A stretch of 64,000 bases of DNA from Callorhinchus milii (Eukaryota). Position 1 is the stretch's first letter. Each line of letters begins with the position of its first letter. Below, piece after piece: positions 40,386-52,630 of this stretch. The translations under genes were made by a program, and so were the position numbers. Below the pieces are notes generated by a model. That model searched no databases, had not been told where the DNA came from, and saw only the letters and a list, made by a program, of their open reading frames with translations. Where the stretch lies: positions 71,550,001 to 71,614,000 of the forward strand of contig NW_024704743.1 of NCBI RefSeq assembly GCF_018977255.1, read 5' to 3'.

Positions 40386-40705
40386 TCATCCCCCGCCCCA
40401 ACCGCCCTACCATCGGTGGCCGGGCTTTCAGCCTCTCAGCCCCTTGGCTCTGGAACTCCATTCCCCAGTGCCTTTGCCTTGCTTCCTCCCTTTCTTCCTT
40501 CAAGGCCGGTCTCAAGACCTTTCTCTTTGACCGTGCCTTCAGCTCCCCTCTCGACTCTCTAACCCCTCCTCGCTCCCTCCCTTCCCTCCCCTCACCCTGA
40601 CCATTTCCCCCCTGCTCGGGTCCTGACCCAACTGTCCAGCGCCTTGGGACGTCCTCCCGACGTGAAAGGCACTCTATAAATGAAATCTTGTTGTTGTTGT
40701 TGTTG
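40386..40705 (+). mobile_element. Shorter L2 3' fragment of the same subfamily
   Basis: Matches 39901-40210. Confidence 0.88.
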
Positions 40706-41488
40706 TATCCTGTGAAGAGCTTTGAGACGTCTAGAAGATGTGAAAAGCGCTATATCAAATGCAAGGATTATTATTATTATTATTGTAGTCCTTTCTAGAC
40801 ATAGTTGCTATTACATCTGCAAGCAGCTTTCATTCCTCCATTATTTGGTTTTCTGCATGCGTCTCTAAGCAGCAGTTTGAGCTTATGGTTTGTATTCAGA
40901 TCAGACATACTCTGGCACTGCCCTAATTTGCCCCATTCTTGGCTTGGCTTAATCTTGTATGTGTACATATTGCATTCTACACAGTGAAGTATTTCCATAT
41001 TCTCAAAGTTTCCCATTTTTTTCCAGTTCCTCTTTACTTCTAAATAAATTTATTGAATTGAATTTCAACCACTTTTAACTGTTGAGCTGCTTCTTCCCCA
41101 CTTTGTTATTTAACTGCTTCTTTTGAAATTATCCTTCAGAAGCAAATAACTACGAGATATACAAGATATAATGAAGGAAAATGCAGAACAACACAAAGTA
41201 ATTCCACGTTTAAATTCTTCTATTCACATTGCTGTTCTGTTCATCAACGACTCAACCCCTTGAAGGAGATACAGTAAAACTCACATCAGTCATTATCAGT
41301 TGGGAGCACAAAACTTAATATGACTTACGCCAAGTATGAGTTGCAAGCACACATGTATAAGTCGGATTTCATGCGACCAATACATAACAGTAAACAACTA
41401 CCTCGTTTTTCTTGCTTGTTTCAACAGAGTACACTGTACTGTACTAAGTACGTGGTACTTCAGCAGTCAGTAAGTACACATACATTGT

Positions 41489-41867
41489 GGAGTCCTGTAG
41501 CTCAATGATTAGCGCGCTCGCCTCGCAAGCGAGAGACCTGGGTTCTATTCCTGGCAGGGCAAAATGTAGGGCAGATTTCCTTACTCCACACGCCTCTGTT
41601 TACCTAGCAGTAAATAGGAACCCAGTTGTTAGTCGATTTGCGGAATGCTCTTCTGGGGATTATAATCATTCAATAAGAAATAATAATTTGTTCAAACAAT
41701 CCACGACTGCTTGTGGGACACTGCTGTATGCAATTGGCCGCTGCGTTTCGTCCACAAATATACAGTCAATTCACTTTATAGCATATTCTGTGAAGCACTT
41801 TGAGACGTCTTGAAGACCTGAAAAGTGCTATATCAAATGCAAGGATTATTTATTTTATATTATTATT
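41489..41867 (+). mobile_element. tRNA-SINE long variant, full length
   Basis: Head, CORE-like gcctctgtttacctagcagtaaatagg, Deu-like body and tail. Confidence 0.88.
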
Positions 41868-43008
41868 CTATGATTGGTCAATATTTTGTTTCCTGTGTTT
41901 GTTTCAAAGGGAATATTGTTCATGCGTACTTCATTACAGCCGGTAAGTGTGGTCGCGGCACTACAAGTTAGGAGATAATTTGCATAGGATTTGGGATTAT
42001 TTGGAAACACAAAAACCATTACAATTTGGCCATTTATCCAATTTATAAAATACAACTAGCTCAAAGAAATCAAAGTGATTTTCAGTAGGAAACTGAAATC
42101 GTGTACGACTTGGCAATTATACAATTTATAATCGACTCCTGTGAGTTTTTCTGCATTGCAAAATTTCTTCCTGCCTTCCTAAAGGCAGCTAAATGAAAAG
42201 TCAAATTATATATCTAAGGTTATAACTATCATCTCTATCTCTGGTTACTATTCAAAGTATTAGACAGGAATTTACTGTCTCCCCAGCTCAGGAAGCTCTG
42301 CATTGTATGGGGGCGATTTGGAGCGGGTGGTTTAAATCTTGCTCTACTAGAAGTGGCATTAAATCTTTCCTGCAATGTAAAGGGGGTATAAGGGAGTTCA
42401 TTGTCATGGTCTGACCTGCTTTGCTGTGCATTTGTGCCACATATTCACTACTCTGGTGAAAGAGGAAAATAAACAAGAGGTTGAGGAAAGGATCAGACAC
42501 AGCTGTGTTATCCATCCACACACACATACACACACAGTTGAATAGCCTGCCGTGAGTCACTACCTCCTCAGGCTCATACTTGAACAGCGGCTACTTTGGC
42601 TGAGGCGCTGGAGGGCAGCCAGTCCACTTGGAGCCATGCCTCATTGTGAAACAGTACATTCAACAGAGGGGAAGACAAATTAGAGGAGGAGGGAAGTCTA
42701 ATAATCCATCTGCCATTCCTTAGCTCATTCACTTAATTGGTTCAAATCCCTTCTCTACCTCGCTACAATATTAATGTTTTCAATCTTCCTTAAGCTGATT
42801 ACCTTGTCAAATACCTGCACACCCATGTTATGATCTGCTCCCTCCAAATCTTACCAACAACCTTAGCAACCAAGAACTTCTAATAATAATCCTTTATATA
42901 GCGCCTTTCACATCAGGAGGATGTCTCAAAGCACTTTACAGGATACACTGTAAAGTATGACTGTCATAGTAGGCAAATGGGCTGCCATATATATAAAGTC
43001 TGTATTAT

Positions 43009-43314
43009 AGTCCTGTAGCTCAGTGGTTAGAGCACTCGCCTTGCAAGCGAGAGATCTGGGTTCGATTCCTGGCAGAGTAAAACTTGGGCAAGTTACTCCA
43101 CACGCCTGGTAATAATCCCTCAAGAAAGAAAAACAACAATAAATTGGTCACTTCAGTCCACGACTGTTTGTGGGACACTGCTGTGCGCAATTAGCCGCTG
43201 CATTTCGCCCACAAATATACAGTCAATTCACTTTACAGTATATTCGGTGAAGCACTTTGAGATGTCTAGAAGACGTGAAAAGCGCTATATCAAATGCAAA
43301 GATTATTTATTTAT
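43009..43314 (+). mobile_element. tRNA-SINE inserted in an oppositely oriented DeuSINE (host about 42881-42980 and 43320-43590)
   Basis: Standard head, body and tail; the host resumes ggcagcccatttgcacacagcaatgtccc. Confidence 0.88.
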
Positions 43315-45654
43315 TTTATAAATACGGCAGCCCATTTGCACACAGCAATGTCCCAAAAATGGCCTTGGAGTGAGTGAACAATTTTATTTTAGAAGACTGT
43401 TAGCCAGCACACAGTCTCCCAAAACTCCCTTCTCTTTTTGATTAGTTATTTGGGATCTATAATGTCCATTTCAACAGGCAGAGGGGACATTTGTTTAACG
43501 TCTTATCCAAAGAATGCCACCTCCAACAATGCGAAACACCCCCAGCACTTCTGACTCAGAGGCGAGAGTGTTACAAACTGAGCTCCTATGAACCATATGT
43601 GCAAATTGGCTGCTGCGTTCACCTATAAAAACAGGCACTTCTCTTTGAAGGAAATCTTGTGAAGTGAGATGTCCCCCCGACATGAAAGTGAATGTAACAA
43701 ACCCAAGGATTATGTATTTATTTTACTGTACCATATCTAGATTATATGGTCAGGTTATAACTGCAACAGTTTAGTACATACAGATGAGTATATACTTGAA
43801 AAACAATTCAAAAGTTATACTGATCTTGGATTTTGTTTTCATTGTGTAATTAATTGTATTTTCAAGTGCCATAATTTGTTATTCACATGTTTTTTTTAAT
43901 TGATTCCATAGAATCTTTATTTCACATTCAAGATTACAAGTTGATGCACTTAAGGGTGATTCGATAACATCTTTTCATACAATTTTTTTATAACTGATTC
44001 TATGCCTGCTACTATACAGAAGCTGTACTCTTCCTATACCCTGCCCGTGGAGAGTTTCATACCCAATGACCATGAATTAATCCATTTGAAATAATCCGCC
44101 TACTATTTTGGGCCGTGCTACAATACCTCTTATACCTACAGGTACTGTAATATCCTCCTCAACAAATAACAGCAAGAAACACAATAATCTGTAGCAACTA
44201 AAAGCGCAATGTGAGCACAATGCAAAGATCTTCAATGGGTTAATTATCACCAGAAAGAAATGCTCCTGAATTAATGTGAGAGTCTCAGTCCATTGTCAAA
44301 ACACATTCATTTTGTTGCAAACCAAATTCATTTTTTCTCATCCTTCTGCTCAATTCATCTACTGCTCATGTAAGGATGAATGATAAAGAACCTCGGATTA
44401 TCCAAGTAACAGCTTCTGAAACAATTCCCTGGTTGTACTAAATACATAGCTTTTAACCCCTTATAAACCAAACACATTGTGCTGGGAATTCTTCCGACAC
44501 AAGTTTTTACCAGGCCAAACATCAAAGGATGCCTCCTGCATATTTCCAATTAAGATAGAAGATAGGTGTAGCTTTTCCCAGACACGAACACCTCATGAAT
44601 ATTTCCAATTAGAGAGAGACGACAGACCTCACCAAATACAAAGGTTGAGCATCCCCCATCTGTCCATGAGAGATATGAACAATTCATCAAAGAGATTCAG
44701 GACCTTTACATCTTTTACAAAGGACTGACCAGTTATTGAGGACACTGCAAACTAATGATAAAGCAAATCAATCTGTATACCTGCTACTAAGAACAAAGAT
44801 GCAATTTAACATGAAGTTAAGGAATTTTTATTGAGGACCTAGGTGAAGGCCATTGGCCTGGAGTACAAGTGCACCACCAAGGTTGAAGATGGTAGCCAAG
44901 GAAACAAGATAAATCAAGAAGAAATAGTTAAATGCAGACATCAAGCCAAGGTGTTAAAAGCCTGTAAGCCACAGCCTGAAGTGGCCTCCTTCAATGCAGT
45001 CATTTCTATGAGTTTGGTTTGTAACAGGAAGGAAGACTGAGAAAGATAGGGAATTCCACAGACTACACATAGGGAGGGCACTATACTCTGTTTGGAGCTT
45101 GGAAGAAAGAGGAAGAAGCAATGACTATAGTAATACTGATGAAACGGAGGAAGAACAAGAAGTGGAATAAATTATGATGGAGCTAGAAAGATGAGTCTAA
45201 AAGTTTGCTAGTATTTGCTAGCAAATGACAAACTTTTTTTTCCATGGGAAAGTGCAGGTAAAATGCTAAAATAATCTGCCACATATGGTACAAATGTGGG
45301 CTGTAAAGGATTATAGGTCTCGGGGAAATTAAATATTTGGTACAAAAGTAAAAAGCAAACCAGTGACGGGTTGCAACAGCAATGCAGGAGATTTGAAATT
45401 AGCTAATATTGTTTTTTATTTTTTGCGAAGATCATCAAAATTAGAATTATCAATCACATTTGATATAGTGCCTTATAATAATAATAATCCTTGTATTTGA
45501 TATAGCACCTTATCACATCTTCGAGAGGTGTTAAAGCGTTTCACAGAATAGACTGTAAAGTGAATTGACTGCACATTGTGCAGTGATTGTGTGCAGGGGG
45601 TGGGTCAGTGTGAAGGGGAAAATCAGTCTGTACACAATACAGAGAGATTTTAGC

Positions 45655-45820
45655 TCTGAGAGAAAAAGAATGAGAGAGAGAGAGAGACTGAGACAATGAT
45701 TGAATAGAGAGAAACTGAAAGAGAGAGAGAGACAGAGACAGGGAAAGAGAGAGAGCGAGAAAAGGAATGAGAGAGAGCGAGACAGAGAGAGAGGGACTGA
45801 GAAAGAGACGGAGAGAGACT
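45655..45820. repeat. (GA)n-rich microsatellite
   Basis: Seen directly. Confidence 0.85.
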
Positions 45821-45827
45821 GCGCCTA

Positions 45828-46213
45828 CCATGTCGTTCAGATGTCTCAAAACACTTCACAGGATTTTACTGTGAAGTGAGGTGACAGTATATTTATAGGC
45901 AAATGCAGCAGCCTCTTTGCATTGAGCTATGTCCCACAAACAGCCATGTACACAGTGAATGACCAATTTTATATGGCGGGTTGTTGTCCAGTCACCGGAA
46001 GAAACTCCTTTCTCTTTTCGAATAGTGCTATGGGATCTTTAATGTCCATCTGGCAGTTTGTATCGTCTGAAGGATTGCACCTCAGATAATGCTACACTCT
46101 CCTAACACTACTCTGGATTCCCTAGACGATGAGTTCAAAGATCCGACATGAAGCTTCAATCCACAACCTTCTGCCTCAAAGGCAAGAGTGCTACCAACTG
46201 AGCCAGGGTGACA
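45828..46213 (-). mobile_element. Old DeuSINE (SacSINE1-like)
   Basis: Head ggctcagttggtagcactcttgcc..agaaggttgtggattgaag and Deu body. Confidence 0.75.
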
Positions 46214-47863
46214 TCCAAAATTAAGTCATATAATATTGACAGAAGAAGGAAGATTTAATTGATGACACTGAAGTGGTATATGTTGGTTAGACTTGCAGGA
46301 GATATTAAGATTTGTGCCATGAGCAGGTCACCAGTATCTCAGGAACAATGATTCAGCTCTTGCACTACTGAAGGATGCTGAACTGAGGGTGTTGTAAGAG
46401 AATTGTTGGTTCCTACAATGTGCCATTTGAAGAAAGTTGATAAATGTAGAATTGAACCACCAGCAAAAAATGTGCAAAGTTGAATGATGATTGACAACAC
46501 ATTGAGAGAAAGGACATCACTTTCCTGAATCGATGGAAATAGAGAATTGACCATCAACTACAGCTCAAACAGAGGAATTTAAGAGGGAACTAGATAACCA
46601 CTTAAAACTTAGTGGAATAAGATACAAAAATAGTAACTTTATCAGAAGAGCGAAAAGCATAGTGCCAGGCCATGCCAAAAGTATCTAAGTGATCATACAT
46701 TAGATCAGAACATCAAGGTACTAGATCTGAGACCTGATGGCAGCTTCAGAACATAAGGGCAATGGAAAGTAAGGAGAAATCATTTTTTCTGAAGGATGTG
46801 ATGAACTTGAGAACATTACTAAGGAGAGAAATGAAGTAGGAAAAACTGGCAAAGGACATGAAGACATTCTGAAGTGCATCTCTTGAGAACAATAGGAAAA
46901 ATATCAGAACGAAAAGGCTTATTTGAAACTCCAGGAAGCAAAGGTTCCAACAAGCATGAAAAGATTTTGCTATTAGTGAAACAGAATGCAGAATAGGAGA
47001 GATTTTTTGCCAAGATCATCAAAATTAGAATTAAAGAAAAGTGAAACAAAATGCCAGATTTCCCTTAGGAGAGATAGCAACAGAAAATTCAGGATGACAG
47101 AGTGCCAGAAGGCGGATTGGCAGATGTTTTGAGTCATCTTGGCAAGGGACAAAACAAATAAGAGCTATAAAGGCAGGAATACAACAGTTGATGTGTCCTT
47201 TTCAATAAAGATGGGTTTAACAGCTGTAATAATGAATGTACGGAGGTTAAGAGCAGAGATGCTGTTGGCTCAGAATGTTTTGGATTAAGACATCTACAAG
47301 AGGAAGGTCAATTAGGAACCATGAGGAGTAGCCAAAAAAGCAATGAGGGAAGACATTTTCCATGTCAATTAGAATATACATTGTTTACTTCCTTTACAAG
47401 GACATGACGGGCCAAATGGCATCCTTTTGTGCTGAAAATGTATATATTTTCATGTTTGTGCAGAAAGAGGGATCAAAGGAATAGAAGCAACATTTGACCA
47501 AAAAAAGCAGGAAAGAATTCTCTACCAACATCCCAGTCAGCTGATTTGTCACACAAGGAAACAAACTGATCCTTAGATCAAAGCACCAAGAATATTTGAC
47601 TCAAAGGAAAAGTGGTCTTCTTTCTTTCCCCCTTCCCTTCAGCCTGAATATATTTTAAAATATTGTTTCTTAATAAGTAAATATTCTAGGTCACTGAATG
47701 AAGTTCCTGCATTAATAATTAAATAGAATAAAGCTTCCTCTCATAAGCCGAGACTTTGAGCTCACAGACTAGGCTGAAACATGCAGTACTGGGGGAGTAC
47801 TGCAATGTTGGAGATCATTGGTAATTCACTTCATGGCTGTTTGTGGGACACTGTGATAACCAA

Positions 47864-48172
47864 CAAAAACCGAAGCCGCTGGGAACACGCAGTAGATTAG
47901 GCAGCATCTAATGAGAGAGGAAAGTGAGTTAATGTTTCAGGTCGATGAACTTTCCTTTGAGTCAAATATTCTTGGTACTTTGATCTAAGGATCGGTTTGT
48001 TTACTTGTGTGACAAATCAACTGCCTGGGACATAGTTAGGTCATTGAAAGGTCATTGACCTGAAACGTTAACTCACTTTCGTCTCTCCATAGATGCTGCC
48101 TAACCTGCTGAGTGTCACCAGCGACTTCTGTTTTTATTTCAGATTTTCAGCATCTGCAGTATTTTGCCTTTT
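47864..48172. mobile_element. Palindromic (hairpin) repeat of the Penelope-associated type seen in cartilaginous fishes
   Basis: About 90-bp imperfect inverted arms (47864-47954 and 48046-48135): taggcagcatcta..aaagtgagttaatgtttcaggtc / gacctgaaacgttaactcacttt..tagatgctgccta. The arms are seen directly; the family assignment is from recall. Confidence 0.7.
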
Positions 48173-49279
48173 GTTTACTGTAATGTTCAAATTGACTGTC
48201 ATATTCACCTACAAAATACACAGTCACTACACTTTACAGTAAATCCTATGAATAGCTTTGAGACCTTCTCCAGATGCGAAAGGCACTATACCAAATGCAA
48301 ATGCAATGTGCTATCCTTCAGATGAGGCATTAAACCAAGATCCTATCTGTTTGTTTATATGGACATCAAATACCTCATGGCACCACTTAAAACGAGAAGG
48401 AAGTTTCTTCTGCTATTCTGGCCAACTATACTCCAAATAAAATTGGTCATTCACTTCATGGCTATTTGTGGGACATTGCTGTGAAAAAATTGGCTGCCAT
48501 GTTCACCTACAATTACAGTCACAGAAGAACACTTTGAAGGTCTCCTACACATTTCAACATCATAAGGCACTATATCAAATGCAAAGATTATTAAGTTAAC
48601 ACAATTTGTAGGCAGAAAAGTTCTGGCCATTGACTGCTAATTGTGAAACTATTGAAGTCGTTAAGTGTTATAACTGGAGGTGTCAGCTATACCAAAGTTG
48701 GCAAAGAGCTAGTATCATCAAGCAATCTTTGACATGGTATGAATCTTTAACAGGTGAGTCAAATAAATATTTAATTTTCCTAAGGCATTTAATCTCCTGA
48801 TGATAAATAGACAGAGATCACTACCTATTTGAGACTGTACCACTGACTAGGTATAAGCAGTTTGATTCATTTTGAGGGTAACAATTTAAATATGCTTTAC
48901 AATTAGCGTCCATGTTTTCAGCCACTATCGACCAAATTGCCTCATTCCTCCCTTCTTGCCTCCTCTTTGCCTGTTTTCAAATCAAAACGTGAAGACTTTC
49001 CTCTTAAACCGTGCCTTCAGTTACCTCCCCTCCCTTTCCAGTTCAGCTTCAAACCACACCACTGTTAAGTAATCCAAGATGCTGACCACATTTTACTTGA
49101 CCCACTGCCTCCACTTTGTCTCCTCCAATGGTTTTTATTCCAACCTTTGCAGGATTACCTGTTACAACTAATTTCTTACAACTTAATATGCACAAGACAG
49201 AAGCCCCCTCCTAGTCTCCTCCTTATGTCTCCTCACTTCCAATTCTGACCTCCTCAACCTCTCTGAACTCTCTCAAACT

Positions 49280-50832
49280 CACTGATCCTTGTCCACCAAT
49301 TCAGTTCCCACCCCCCTAAAAACAGCCATCATCACCCCCATCCTGAAAAAACCTTCCCTGGATCCATCCCTACTCTCCAGTTACTGCCCCATCTCTAACC
49401 TCCCATTCCTCTCCAAGTCCTGGAATGAGTCGTCGCGTCCCAGCTCCACTCCTTTCTTTCTTTCCATTCCCTCTTTGAACCCCTCCAATGTCGCTTCCGC
49501 GCTGCCCACAGCACGGAAACAGCCCTGGTCAAAGTCACTAATGACATTCTGAACATCTGTGATCAGGGCTCCCTCTGCCTCCTTGTCCTCCTCGACCTCT
49601 CTGCCACCTTCGACACTGTCGACCACTCCATCCTCATACACCGCCTCTCCTCTTTAAGTATTCTTCGGGGACCTGCCCTTGCCTGGTTCGATTCCTATCT
49701 CGCTCACCGTCTCCACTTTGTTGCCTCTCTAACGGTTTCTCCTCCAGCCTCCACACTGTCACATCTGGCGTCCCCCAGGGCTCTGTCCTTGGCCCTCTCC
49801 TCTTTAATATCTATATGCTCCCCTTTGGTGACATCATCCGCAGATATGGGGTCAACTTCCACATGTATGCGGATGACACCCAACTCTATCTTTCTGCCTC
49901 CACCCTCAACTCCAGGACCACTGCTGTCCTGACAGACTGTCTGTCGGACATCAAGTCCTGGATGAGGGCAAATTTCTTACAATTGAATGTGAACAAGACT
50001 GATGCCCTCCTGATTGGCTCGCGCCAGCGCCTCAGCACCTCAGGCTCTGGCAGCATCAACATCCACGGTTGCACACTTCAACTCACCGCCAGTCAGGAAC
50101 CTCGGTGTCTTGTTCGACCCTCAACTGTCTTTTCTTCCCCACATCCAAGCCATGACCCGCTCTGCCTTCCCTCACCTCCGTAACATCGCCCGACTCCGCC
50201 ACTACCTCACCCCTCAGGCCACTGAAACTCTTGTTCATGCCTTCATCACCTCCAGGCTCGACTATGCACACGCCCTGCTTGTCGGCCTTCCCAACTCCTC
50301 CCTCCAGACTGCAGATAATCCAGAACTTTGCAGCCCGTGTCCTCTCCTGCACCAAACTCCGTGACCCCATCTCCCCCATTCTCGCCCAACTCCATTGGCT
50401 CCCTATCCTTCAAAGGATCCAGTTCAAGATCCTGGTCCTCACCTAAAAGCCCTCCATGGTCTCGCCCCACCCTACCTCTGTGACCTCCTAACCCCCTACC
50501 AACCTGCCCGCTCCCTCTGCTCAGCCGGCTCAGGCCTGCTCCACGTCCCCCGACCCACCCGGCCCACCATTGGCAGGAGAGCCTTCAGCCACTCTTCCCC
50601 CAACCTCTGGAACTTCATCCCGCAATCATTCCGCCTCACCCCCTCCTTACCCTCCTTCAAGTCCTACCTCAAAACCCTCCTCTTCGACCATGCCATCGGT
50701 CACCCCCCTTCCCCTCCCCTCTCTTCTCCCCCTTGACCCCATCTCGGGTCTGAAATGCTGTACACTGTCCAGCGCCTTGGGACGTCCTCCTGACATGAAA
50801 GGTGCTATACAAATGTAATCTTGTTGTTGTTG
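49280..50832 (+). mobile_element. 5'-truncated L2 LINE with frameshifted reverse-transcriptase domain and intact 3' end
   Basis: [56 protein letters not shown] at 49866-49877; frameshifts; stem-loop and (TTG)n. Confidence 0.93.
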
Positions 50833-52224
50833 AACCAAAACACAAATGGATTCAGTTTGATCCTCAGCACACCTTCCTTCATCGCTTGTTTCCTTCCTCC
50901 CTCCCTTCGTAACATTTGCTATGTAACCAAGACCGATTAACTTAATCTTTGCCACAATGCCTGCCTCTGCCCTTACCTCACATCAAATGTTGCTGAAAAC
51001 CTCAGTCACACGTTTATTAGCTCCCAAATCAACTTCAAATGCATTACCTTGTTCCACCATCTATAAACTCCAAGTGATACAAAACTCCAGTATCCACTCC
51101 CCGTCTCCCAATGGATCAACATCAAGCTCTTCACCCTTAGCTATAAATCCCTTCACTTCTTAGCATCTTCGTACCTCTCTGATATTCTTCCCCACTCTCC
51201 TGCTCGCCCGCTCCGTTTGGCTACTTTGGGGCTGCTGGCACTCCCTCTACAAAACCATTGATTGCTGAGTCTTCAACAGCTATACCTTCAATCTTTAGAA
51301 CTCCATCCATCTATCCCTTCTCTCACTTCCTCTCGATCTACCATTATTTAAATTCTGCCTAAACACCTACCTCTTCAACCACACCCTATAGTCAACTCTC
51401 CACTGCCCCTTGCGCCGCATTCAACCCATCTCTGTGAAGTACTCTAAATGGTGATTCGACATACAATATAAATTGAAGTTACAAAACACGTTTATATGAT
51501 GTCTTTCATTTAGGGAAGATATCTCAAAGCGCTTAACACTGCTAGCTGGATAACCAAGCTGGGGATAAAAGCAGGAGGGGGAAGATGACTGAAAGCGCCA
51601 TCAAGTTATTATTGTTCTTCTGACCATTCAACCTGACTGAGATTTCGGTAATAGAAACATTTCTTATTACATTAAAGTTGATTTGTCTCAGCTTCACATT
51701 CACTTTCTAGTAGGGGAGGTTTGAGTTTGGTGAAGTTCAACTATTGGAAAATTACCTTCCACCACTATTCCTTGATCCAAAGCACAGCGGATCATGTAGA
51801 AGGCAAAAATAGCTTAATTTGTAGGTTAATTTGATTCTTTACTCAGTTGATGGGAGTTATTTCTGCTGGTCAGCAAGTGTACCGAACAGAGCAAAACCTT
51901 GTTCATATTTCAAATGGACCAACCTGGAAATACACATTTCATTTTGAAATAAGTAATTCAAAAATTGAGTTAAGTCCAATAAATTGCTGTCAGGTGACAT
52001 GTCATTGAAAAAATCTTAGAACCATATTGGCTCATCAGCTTCCTATAGACATTTGTTGTGATGTAGTTAGTACAATCCGAGGTCATTGTTCCATAGTAGG
52101 GTTCACTGATGTCTGGAAAATGAAACAGAACATAATAATTTGTGGAATGACAAGAGGGTACATTGCCCATCACGCTGTTCCCCAGGTGAGATACCACTGC
52201 AATCAGTGTTGATCTATTATTATA

Positions 52225-52630
52225 GGTGTCAGCCTGGCTCAGTTGGTAGTATTCTTGCCACCTCTGAGCCAGAAAATTATGGGTCAAAGCCCCATGTTGG
52301 GACTATGAGCTCTTAGTCTAGGCTGATATCTCACGCCCTGCTTTGTCAGGGATATCGTCCTTTGGATTTGATAATACACTGAGTCCTGGTTTGTCTATTC
52401 AAGTGATGTTAAAGATAGAACTATTAGAGAAGGGAGTTTCTTGGACAAGAATCCTGCAGATAAAATTGGTCATTCACTTCATGGCTGCTTGCAGGATATT
52501 CTTGAATGCTAATCAATGCTGAACGTTACTCAACTTCTATTTTTGCCTACAAGTACACAGTCAATACATTTTCCCGAAACTTTGAGACACTATTGGCATT
52601 ATAAGTCTGATATCAAATGCAAGGATTAAT
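52225..52630 (+). mobile_element. Old DeuSINE (SacSINE1-like)
   Basis: gtcagcctggctcagttggtag head, Deu body and atatcaaatgcaaggatt tail. Confidence 0.7.

Noticed and set aside
49280..50832. Active or domesticated reverse-transcriptase gene
   Set aside because: 5'-truncated and broken by several frameshifts
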